A stretch of DNA of 64,000 bases from Macrostomum lignano (taxonomy: Eukaryota), in contig NIVC01000235.1 of NCBI GenBank assembly GCA_002269645.1, positions 106,516-170,515 on the forward strand, written 5' to 3'. Below, in pieces: positions 38,435 to 48,417 of the stretch. The translations under genes were made by a program, and so were the position numbers. Within the stretch, counting starts at the first letter, position 1, and each line of letters begins with the position of its first letter. The notes below the pieces were generated by a model. The model was given only the letters and a program-made list of their open reading frames with translations. It searched no databases and was not told the DNA's origin.

Positions 38435-39544
38435 CCACCAAAATGCAGGCCAAGCGTCAAGGCGTCATTGCTTTCATATTTTTGTTCCCGCAGCGTCAGC
38501 AGTGTTATTACGAGAGGAATTATCGATGCAAAAATTGTTCCCCGCTTCCGGCCATGTCGAATTTGTTGTAGTTGGAAAAAATGCAAAAATTTTATTATTG
38601 TTCTCTAACCTTCTATATAATTCCTTTATATAACATTATCTAATTTCGCACTGTTCATTTCGTACTACTGCGGTTAGTAGCTAAAAATATTTTACTTTTT
38701 TGGCGCTTTTTTCGAAAGCTCGGTCCTAAACTGGAAAATTTTTGTGACAATCGAATTTGTACTTTTTCCCGTATATATTGTCCCCAGCTGTCAATCAGCG
38801 GGCCCAGTCTACACAGAAGCAATCTCTCTTGATAGTGGCGGAGTTTCGCGTTGATTAAACAAAATTGTGCGCGGTTGGTTGGTTCTTTGTTACAGCTGAA
38901 CAGATTTTTAACTGTCTTGATTGAATGAAGCCAATGCAGCCTGTGTTGCACTTCATCCTGTATTATCTACCTGTAAATTCTGTGCTGGGTTGCGTGCTGA
39001 AGTTAATTAACAAATCGTGCACTTTGATTTTTATTTGCACCTTGCTACTGTTAGTAGTGTACTCCGCACAATCTACTAAAATATATAATAGATTTTCTCT
39101 GCTCCGAGCTTCATTCCAGTGTGCAAACTCAGCCCATCTACTTGACCCTCGTCTGGCTACTTATAGTAGCCGCACAGGCTCGCATGACCCCCAATGCTGA
39201 CAAATCATTGCCCCTACATTTTATGGCTCTAAACCTGGCGCTGGCCTGCGGAATTTCAACTCTGCATATAAAACTGTTTTTTGTCTTTGGGAGTGCAATC
39301 AATAATCAATTAGTTGGAAGATTTATTGACTGACAATTTTATAAATAGATACGCTTTCAGTGCTGAACCAGTTATCTTGTTAAATGTGTTTGTGCGACTA
39401 GCATATTGTATGCAACACGAGCCGCTCTGATTGGTTTCTGCTTTTGTCGCTTTTATTGTCCTTTTCCCTGCTGCGAATACAGTATGGGGTTGCTGGGGTC
39501 GCAATCGATTGCGTTTGGTTATGAAAACATGTTGAATCATATTG

Positions 39545-40668
39545 ATTGCATATCGCATTGGATCAAATTGGGGATCGCATTGGATCAAATTGGGGATCGC
39601 ATTGGATCAAATTGGGGATCGCATTGGATCGAATTGGGATCACATTGGATCAAATTGGGATCACATTGGATCAAATTGGGATCACATTGGATCAAATTTG
39701 GATCACATTGGATCAAATTGGATCAAATTGGGATCACATTGGATCAAATTGGATCAAGTTGGGGATCGCATCGGATCAAATTGGGATCACATTGGATCAT
39801 ATTGGGTACCCAATTGAATCAAATTGGGATCACATTGGATCAATTTGGGATCAAATTGGATCAAGTTGGGGATCGCATCGGATCAAATTGGGATCACATT
39901 GGATCAAATTGGGATCACATTGGATCAAATTGGGATCACATTGGATCAAATTGGATCAAATTGGGATCACATTGGATCAAATTGGATCAAGTTGGGGATC
40001 GCATCGGATCAAATTGGGATCACATTGGATCATATTGGGTACCCAATTGAATCGAATTGGGATCACATTTGATCAAATTGGGATCACATTGGATCAAATT
40101 GGGATCACATTGGATAAAATTAGATCAAGTTGGGGATCGCATCGGATCAAATTGGGATCACATTGGATCATATTGGGTACCCAATTGAATCGAATTGGGA
40201 TCACATTGGATCAAATTGGGATCACATTGGATCAAATTATGATCACATTGGATCAAATTGGGATCACATTGGATCTAATTGGAATCAAATTGGGGATCAC
40301 ATTGGATCAAATTGGGATCACATTGGATCAAATTGGGATCACATTGGATCTAATTCGAATCAAATTGAGGATCGCATTGGATCAAATTAGGTACCCAATT
40401 GAATCGAATTGGGATCACATTTGATCAAATTGGGATCACATTGGATCAAATTATGATCACATTGGATCAAATTGGGATCACATTGGATCTAATTGGAATC
40501 AAATTGGGGATCACATTGGATCAAATTGGGATCACATTGGATCAAATTGGGATCACATTGGATCAAATTGGGATCACATTGGATCATATTGGGTACCCAA
40601 TTGAATCGAATTGGGATCACATTTGATCAAATTGGGATCACATTGGATCAAATCGGGGATCAAACTAG
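39545..40668. repeat. GATC-rich ~10/21-bp satellite (GGATCAAATTGGGATCACATT) with recurring 14-bp palindromes ATTGGGTACCCAAT
   Basis: Tandem array that abuts the stop codon of the 2H phosphoesterase gene. Palindrome variants occur near 39801, 40034, 40172 and 40588. Confidence 0.96.
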
Positions 40669-40674
40669 ATCGCA

Positions 40675-41818
40675 TTACATGTAGTTCGCAAGGCTGCTGC
40701 CAACCTCCCGGTCAGCGACCAGCTCCTCGGGCACGGAGCGGCCGTCCCACTCGATGAACTGCACCATGCCGCGGTACCAGCAGAGCCGGGCCGCCTCCAG
40801 CTGCATGACCGGCGGCTCAGCCAGCAGGGCCTGGCGAACGCTCGCCTGCACCGCGGCCAGCTCCGACTTGACAACCTGCTCCTCGGCCGCGGGGATGCGC
40901 TGGTACTGGTAGCCAAGGGTGCAGTGCAGCGCTTGGTACTGTGGCAGCTTGCCTCTGCAGTTGAAGTCATGCGGTTGCCTTCTGAACTTGTTATTTTAAT
41001 GCCTATATCAGCCAGTCCCAGTGGAAGGCACCCGCTTTGATCAGCCAGTCCCGGTGGAAGACCAGCTTAGATCAGCCAGTCCCCGGTGGAAGACCAGCTT
41101 AGATCAGCCAGTCCCGGTGGAAGACCAGCTTAGATCAGCCAGTCCCCGGTGGAAGACACCCGCAAAGATCAGTCCCAACAGGTGATAGACACCAGCTTAG
41201 ATCAGTCCCAACAGGTGATAGACACCAGCTTAGATCAGTCCCAACTGGTGATAGACACCCGCTCAGTCCTTTCAGCCTCTTCCTCATCCGCGTCACTCAC
41301 CCCTCGCACACGAGCCGTCGAGCCTCTTCTATCAGCTGATTCTGAGACTCATCCGCCAAGGCCACATCAAAGCCCACAATGCTGGCATTGGGCGAGAAGA
41401 ATCTCTTGAAGACCACCGCGGGCTTCAGCTGCATCCGCCTCAGGTTGTCAGCCAGCTCAGGCCAGCCTGCGGCAGTCTTGGCTCGAACCGTCCCCAGCCA
41501 GTCGCTTCGGGTTGCAGTTCGGCCTCTATTGGTCACCCCGGCGATGGTCACGTGATAGCTAGCAGCCGGCAGCGGGGCGAAGTACTGCGACAGCGTCGGT
41601 TGCGCGGCCAGCGCCCGCTCCGCTGCTGATTCGAGGCGACGCCGGGACTCGGCTGGCAGCGGGCAGATCACGGTGACACCGGGGAAGTAGGACCAGGCGC
41701 CCGTACTGTCGATCTTTGGCGAGATGGGGTGCGGCTGCTGCTCCATGAGTTCTGCGTGTTCGGGGGGGGGCGGCAGTTTTCTCTTTTGGTGATTTTGGGC
41801 TTTAACACCTGAGTGCAT
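40675..41818 (-). CDS. DUF1868-like 2H phosphoesterase (RNA ligase/cyclic-nucleotide phosphodiesterase fold). Exons 41818 (or 41746)-41301 and 40981 (or 40978)-40675.
   Basis: Exon 1 contains KIDSTGAWSYFPGVTVIC...LPAASYHVT. After a phase-2 splice (GG|gtgagt...ttcag|A), exon 2 reads RQPHDFNCRGKLPQYQALHCTLGYQYQ...LCWYRGMVQFIEWDG...NYM*. Two HxT motifs (HVT and HCT) and the FPGxTVIC and LPxxSYHxT blocks are typical of DUF1868. Confidence 0.8.
41013..41260. repeat. Two related intronic minisatellites (~31-32 bp ATCAGCCAGTCCCGGTGGAAGACCAGCTTAG and 33 bp ATCAGTCCCAACAGGTGATAGACACCAGCTTAG)
   Basis: About 4 + 3 copies within intron 40982-41300. Confidence 0.85.
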
Positions 41819-41996
41819 GCGGTGACATTTTTAGGCGCCGTTTAGGATTTATAAGTCTTACCCTTTGCACTCTACTATTATCAGTGGGTTATTTGCAATT
41901 TGAAAATAAGATTTAAAAATTCAATGGGTAAAGTTTCATGATGGTTCACTCAACAAAAGTTACAGTGTATGTATGCTCTTAGTATGCAATCTCAGA

Positions 41997-42160
41997 ACTC
42001 TCAAGGAGAAACCGCTCTGGTGACTAAGGACTCTCAAGGGGAATCGTTCAGGTAGCTAAGGACTCTCAAGGGGAATCGTTCAGGTAGCTAAGGACTCTCA
42101 AGGGGAATCGCTCAGGTGACTGAGGAATCTCAAGGGGAATCATTCAGGTGACTAAAGGAC
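41997..42160. repeat. 31-bp minisatellite GGACTCTCAAGGGGAATCGTTCAGGTAGCTA-like, ~5 copies
   Basis: Directly visible between the head-to-head genes. Confidence 0.85.
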
Positions 42161-43079
42161 ACTATACAATCTACAGTGCAGTCTTACCATTAACAAACTC
42201 GTATAGATATATCAGTGATAGACAACTAAACTAACAAGATGATTAGGCAGGTTTAAATTGTGCAGTGAATGCAGGGCTTGCTGTGGACAGGGACAGAGTG
42301 CCTTTCTTCTCTTTATACTATATCGCTTTGCTACTTCAATGGTGTGGAGTGCGGCGCAGGCACTTGCAGGCCCCGGCCAGGCTCTGAATTAAAAGTACAT
42401 ACAGGACCGCCTCACTGTCCATTCATCGCGAATAGGGTTTAAATGTACATTGCGTAAAACTCAAAGAGTTCTTCACCACAAAGTCTTACTATAACGCGTG
42501 ATTTGTACAGGTGGAACTTTCGACTCTTGCTGAGTATGAATTTTACCTATCTCCGCAGTGTATTTTTTTCAGGAGATTGGCCTTCAAAAATTACACGATC
42601 TACGGGTTTTACGTCCTGCTGCTATACTAAAGTGGTCCTTGACTCTATTACGCCGTCATCTACGAGTAATCAGCCGTTTGGGTCATCAGAGTGATTCTCC
42701 GTGAGCCATTTAGGTCATCTGAGTGATTCTCCTTGAGTGAGAATTTAATCATGGTGAAAAATAGGATCGAAGTTAAAGAAACACCTAAACGCACTCCCTT
42801 ACGCCAGAACTTCAGCGCCCCTGTCAGGTAACAATCTGGACCGAAGACAAAGTCAGATATGCAGCTGGGAGAGCGTGCGGCCGCATGCCTTCCCCAGCGT
42901 GCGTGCCAAAAGCCATGATTGCCCCGCGCTATTTTTAGCAACGCTCGTAGAAACCTCTCTGACCCCACTGTACTTATTGAGCGTACAAACTCTGCCCATA
43001 AAAGCAGTAGGGAAGAGCGATTATGGCGAGAATTTTGTGACAGCGTGTCGCCACACGCGGGAGCCGAGCCGCTCCAGTC

Positions 43080-43113
43080 TATATAACCGGGACAGGCCGG
43101 GCTCTGTTCAGAC
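43080..43113 (+). promoter_or_regulatory. TATA box plus initiator for the vWA gene
   Basis: TATATAA at 43080-43086 and TCAGAC at 43108-43113 (A at +30 from the TATA box); the ATG is at 43178. Confidence 0.55.
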
Positions 43114-43177
43114 CAACAGCTCAGGCAGAGCAAGCCAACACTGAAACTGCAGGCTAATCAATCTTCACTAGAAAGCC

Positions 43178-44590
43178 ATGGCTCTCACCGGTCTCCAGCC
43201 GCTGGACTTGGCCTTCTCTTTCGACACGACCGGCTCAATGTGCTCCGTCATTAACGAGGTGCGCAGCAACATCGCCGAGATGCTGCAGCGGCTCACTACC
43301 GACATCCCGGACCTGAGCGTGGCCCTCATCGCTCACGGAGACTACGGGGACAGATACGAGACGGAGATCCGCGACTTCGGCACCTCCACAGCGGACCTGG
43401 TGCGGTTCGCCAAGACTGTGAAGGACACGTACGGCGGGGACGAGCCCGAGTGCTACGAGCTGGTGCTGCAGCAGGCCCGCACCCGCCTCAGCTGGCGCCC
43501 GCACAGCAGCCGCGCTCTGGTGCTGGTTGGCGACGCCTTCCCGCATGGGGTTGGCAGCGCCAGGAACAAGTACAAGATCGACTGGAAGGCGGAGACCGAG
43601 CTGCTGCACCAGCTGGGAGTCACCGTGTACTGCGTGCAGTGCGGCAGCAGCAGGAACTCGCAGAGCTTTATGGACCACGTCGCCAAGGTGACCGGCGGCC
43701 TGCGGCTCCCCCTGGCCGAGTTCCGGGGCGTTCGCGACTTCCTCATGGCCATCGCCTACCGGGAGGGCGGTACCGACGTCCTTCGCGACGGCTACGAGCG
43801 TGAGGTGCGCGCCAGGGATGGCGCAGCGCTGGCCGGTGACGTGAGCGCCATGCTGGGCCTCGTGCGCCGCTCGTCAGCCGCCACCATGGCCACCAGCGAC
43901 GCTGCCGGTCCAACAAAGACAACAGCAACAACGACGACTTCAAGAACAAAGACTGCTGCTGCACGGCTACCAAAAGCTGCCGAGGCGACCAAATCGGCTG
44001 CTGCCTCATCTGGCAGGGTGCTGAAGAAGCCCGCCGCCAGCAAGTCAGCTGCGAAGACTCCGCGGGCGCGGGCTGCCAGGTCGGTCAGAGTTCGCCGAGA
44101 GACCTGCCTTGACAGGCACCTGCCCGCCGCGCTGGCCGCTCTCACCTGGTCCCCGTGGCGTTTGGTCGGGCAGCCGGGCAGCGTGTCTCGGTTGTCATGG
44201 CAACCGTTTGGCAGCGGCTCGGTGCGTCGGTCGCTGCTCTGCGGCGGCCGTAGCGGCCAGCACGCTGTGGAGCTCGCCGTGCAGCCGCGCCCTGGCGCCC
44301 GGCGCTTCCCGCTGTTCGGCCGCGTCCTCTCGACCGGCAGCGTCCGACGCCGCCGCGAACTGTCGGTCGTCAGCGTGAAGAGCCTCCTGGCCGGCCGACC
44401 GGCTGTCCGGGCCCAGCTGGAGCGGGTGCTCTGCCAGGGCATGCGGGTGTTCGCCAGGGTGGCCGGCGCCGCTCCGGCGAACCCGCGGCCCCGGCTGGCC
44501 AAGGCGGCGAGCTACGCGTGGAACAGCGGCCGGTCCGCGAGGTGCGGCGGCGTCTTCGTGTCCGTGTCGGAGAGGAGCCTGCGCCGCTGA
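43178..44590 (+). CDS. Intronless 470-aa vWA (MIDAS) domain protein with a Thr/Ala/Lys-rich linker and a basic C-terminal domain
   Basis: LDLAFSFDTTGSM (MIDAS DxTxS), IAHGDY, GGDEPECYE, LVLVGDAFPH and VTVYCVQ...VTGG are present. AATAAA lies at 44781. The C-terminal WSPW...YAWN resembles ET-type GIY-YIG domains (inference). Confidence 0.88.
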   Translation: MALTGLQPLDLAFSFDTTGSMCSVINEVRSNIAEMLQRLTTDIPDLSVALIAHGDYGDRYETEIRDFGTSTADLVRFAKTVKDTYGGDEPECYELVLQQARTRLSWRPHSSRALVLVGDAFPHGVGSARNKYKIDWKAETELLHQLGVTVYCVQCGSSRNSQSFMDHVAKVTGGLRLPLAEFRGVRDFLMAIAYREGGTDVLRDGYEREVRARDGAALAGDVSAMLGLVRRSSAATMATSDAAGPTKTTATTTTSRTKTAAARLPKAAEATKSAAASSGRVLKKPAASKSAAKTPRARAARSVRVRRETCLDRHLPAALAALTWSPWRLVGQPGSVSRLSWQPFGSGSVRRSLLCGGRSGQHAVELAVQPRPGARRFPLFGRVLSTGSVRRRRELSVVSVKSLLAGRPAVRAQLERVLCQGMRVFARVAGAAPANPRPRLAKAASYAWNSGRSARCGGVFVSVSERSLRR

Positions 44591-46460
44591 GCGCTTGAAT
44601 GTCGAGCTTCGTCAGTAAGCTTTCTGCTTTATAAAAGTGTCTATCCGCATACAAATTTCAGACTTATTCTTCTTGATTTGTAAAATTCTCATAGAATACC
44701 AATAGTCTGTAACTGTATAATTATCCACGCGAAATTAGATCTATTCATTGCAATCGAAACAGATGTAAATGAAATTCATTAATAAACAGTGTGATTTTTT
44801 AGCTCTCTTGTGTACGCACTCTAATTTATTTGAAATGCAACCGTACGCTCTTACAGGTTATTTTTCTAGATTAGGCATGAGCTTAGGCATCTGGCCCTTG
44901 AGGAAAAATGTTTGATGACCTCTGATGTACGCTGTCGCAGAGCACTCAGTTTAGCTCAAATAAAATAAATAATAATGAATCAATTTAACTATTAAATTTA
45001 TTCAAGGGTAATATCCACTTTAATTATTTATAAGTAAATTATTCCAGGTTATTTATTTGATTTGTAGCACATTAGTATCAATAGGAGCATAATAGATTAT
45101 CCCGAGGCTATAATATAAACTATAAAATTATTAAAGTACAATTTTGGCGGCAGTTGAGTTACTAATGTCTAATTCTAATGCCCATAATTAAGTTAAGTCA
45201 AAACTGTCTAGTCGGGTGACCAAACTGCTGGATAATTGAAAATTAAAGGTCTAAATCGGTTTGGGTTGGCTCTAAAGCCTGTAGCTAGCACCGGAACACG
45301 ATTACGAGGCACGCCGAGCGCGAGAAGGGAGAGGACTTGCGCCTACACCAAAAAAACACGAAACACCCGCACTCAAAACCGCGCCAAAACTGACCCACTA
45401 AAACCTCCAATCCTTACTGAAAAAAGTGGTAACCAAAATAATAGAACAGTAGATAAAATAATATACAGAATTTTCCTAGAACTAAACATAAGAAACGCTT
45501 TCCCCCTAACCCCATATCCCTAACCCCATAAAAATCAATTTAGGTACAATAAAAAAACGGATAAAAACTAAAAATATTATAACATAACGACATCGTCACA
45601 ACGCCATGAAATCTGTTGGCCGCATGGTTCCTAATCTATGAAATAGCTCAGCTTAGGTAAATCTATCAACCATGATAAAACCGATGCAGCCATTGTGTTA
45701 AACTGACCTGATTTACAGCCTGGAATACAAGCTACCGTCCGGCGTAATGTTCTACACCTAGGACATATTCTATATTCTATTCTATATCCCAACCGTGAGT
45801 CGTGACCAATAGCAATTCTGAAGAAAGCTTCAAAGAATTTCGAGAGGAATCCACCATGCAGGTTCGATTTCAGCAATTGCGGCCAAGAAAGTGTTGTGCC
45901 CGGGTGCACTTGCACCGATGAGCAATCTCTGGCTCTCGGTCAAGTGTGTCCGGCACTGCACTCCCACCCCTCCCGGCCGCATGCCTGCGCCAACCCCCCC
46001 CCCAGCTGCACCCACCCCCGCTGTCTGTATGGGCCAGCCGGTTTTGGCTGACTGCGGCCCCGGTGCGCCCCTCCCTTACCCTGCGATTGGCTGGCGGTCC
46101 AGCCAATCGGTTTGTGTTTTTCTCCTCCAATCGCGACCCCGGCTTTGTAAGACCTTGTAAGACTTTCATAGACTCATAATTTTGGCTAGCTGGGCCTGGG
46201 CCCAGGCCTTAACCAGCTAGCGCGAATATAAATAAATGCAGGAGCGGCAGTAAGGGAGGCATTGGCTTGGTTGAGTTGGCTTGGCTTGGCCTGGCCAATC
46301 GGCTTGGCCAATGCAAGACGCAATTACAACGCTTAACTTACTAAACTGAATTTACTCAGAAGTCAGGCTGTGCTTAAACGTTCGCCAGAAATTGACAGAA
46401 GCCACCCCTGCTGCCGCCACGCGGTTACCCGAAGAAACAGAGTGAGTCGCGTGTCTTTCT

Positions 46461-46964
46461 TATCTGCATGAGAGACTGGCGGGAATTAATCCGTGCAATA
46501 GGGACGGGCTGATTAAGTCTCCTGATGCGATCCCCCGCAGAGTCCGAAGTCAGTCCGGCCAGTTGATTGACGCCATCTTCGGCTCGTTCAATGAGATAAT
46601 CAGAGTCGCGATCCGGCCTGTAGCACAACAAAAGTGCTACTCGATGCTTTAACGAAAGGCCGCCGGCACAAAATTTGCGTGGTCTCTCGACCTGATCGGC
46701 CTGCTGAGCACAGTGGAGTTCTCGACGTACCGGTACCAGAGCCTGGCTGAGGGGCTGGCCTGCCACTGCGTCAGTGTGAACTCCTTCAACTGGCCCCAAA
46801 GCTTAGCCAGGCAGCAAATTGGCAAGCCTTGGGCCACATCAGCTTCGTGCAGCAGAGACATTTGCCCTGCAGTGCGACAGGAACGGCCGATTTCGGATTT
46901 GACTTCATCTGCCAATGAATGCCATCTTCAGTGGGCCAATGAAAACCTGGCGAAGCTCAGTTGA
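46461..46964 (+). pseudogene. Possible degenerate Helitron PIF1-helicase fragment
   Basis: The frame YLHERLAGINPCNRDGLIKSPDAIPRRVRSQSGQLIDAIFGSFNEIIRVAI...* recalls the DGLIxxP...LIDxIFG segment of Helitron helicases. There is an in-frame TAA at 46650, and the downstream match is weak. Confidence 0.3.
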
Positions 46965-47276
46965 TTTAATTAATATGAGCTACAAGACTGAACTAATGGC
47001 GCATACATGATAAATGATGAGCTCCTATTAGCATACATTATCAATCTGAATCATTATAAGATATTTTATAACTTTAACAGTTGTGACCGTGTGTTACATG
47101 TACATGTCAAGTAACATTTTGCAATTGTACTTTTAATTTTCCACTCATTAAAACCTGGTTAGATATACTTGAAGTGTAGTTTTCAAAGGTTGCTACTGTA
47201 ATCGTCACTATAATTAAGAGGTCTGTGTTGGCACTATCATATCTTTGATTGGCTTTGAAAACTTCAGTGACAGTCT

Positions 47277-48417
47277 CAACCGACGTTTGCCAGCCGACGT
47301 TTGCCAGCCGACGTTTGCCAGCCGACGTTTGCCAGCCGACGTTTGCCATCCGACGTTTGCCTGCGAGACTTTTGCCAGCCGACGTTTGCCAGCCGACGTT
47401 GGCCAGCGGGACATTTGCCAGCCGACGTTTGCCTGCGGGACGTTTGCCAGCCGACATTTGCCAGCCGACGTTTGCCTGCGAGACTTTTGCCAGCCGACGT
47501 TTGCCAGCCGACGTTTGCCAGCCGGACATTTGCAGGCGGCAATTGGTTAAAGAAGTCTGCCCTCTCTAGGCTTACATGTACTTGCATTTGAAAACTGTGG
47601 ACACAGCACTAATCTAATTCCAACTCGCTCCGTGCTACTGCTATTAAATATACAGGTTACTAACAAACTACTGTTCAGGCTTATTGAAGTTATTGCTCTT
47701 GTCTGCCTAAATAGGAAGGTAAAAATACAAAATAGGAGTTTCCATCGTTACATCCTTTACACCGTTACATAGACACAGTTGGTGTCTATGTATGCCATGG
47801 AATGGCCCTTTCCATCTCAGTGGCCAAACAAGCTAAGTGTTTACAAGCTAAATGGGAAAAGACTGAGACATCCATAATGGTATTGGCCTAGTCTCGCCTA
47901 TATATACTTAACTCAAAAGCCAAACTCTGCTTAACGGAGTTTGGCCATGACAGCGTGCACTTGACAAGCTGCATTGGAATTAATTCGCTTTTGGATCTCC
48001 CAATGAACTGGGAAATATATAAGCCAGAATTATCGTTCAGCAGTTCTTTTATTGGCTCAAAACTTCGCTCGCTGGAGATTCCCGTTTAAATTTGCGTGTC
48101 TTCATTTGCAAATCAAAAATCAAACATCTCAAACTGGGAAAAGCGATACAAAACTGTCAGAAGTAAACTTTATAATATTTTCACATTCAAAGAAATTGTT
48201 GTTAAACTGGATGTTAGATTGATGAACTGCATAATTTGTATAGATTTTGTTTTCGAACTTTTATACATGCGAACAACCGTCAAAAATTTGGACTAAAAAA
48301 AACTTTTTCAACCCGCTAAACTGCGAATATTTCAGTATCAAATTTTTCTCTCACTGACTTAATGTTGGCTGGCAAACGTCGGCTAGCAAACGTCCCGCAG
48401 GCAAACGTCGCTATCCC
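47277..48417. mobile_element. Foldback-like DNA transposon remnant with tandem 14-bp subterminal repeats (GCCGACGTTTGCCA)
   Basis: An array at 47277-~47530 has an inverted copy of the same motifs (including CCTGCGGGACGTTTG) at 48363-48417, ending ...CGCTATCCC. The matching left terminus and a TSD were not found. Confidence 0.6.

Noticed and set aside
35011-38633. ORFs of 400-1193 aa on both strands
   Set aside because: They are translations of the C-rich satellite, whose unit lacks stops. Frames switch with C-run length, and there is no domain content.
39406-40684. ITLDQIG-repeat ORFs
   Set aside because: Translation of the GATC satellite, with frequent frame changes.
45501-45530. Interstitial telomere (CCCTAA)
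   Set aside because: Only two separated CCCTAACCCC motifs, not an array.
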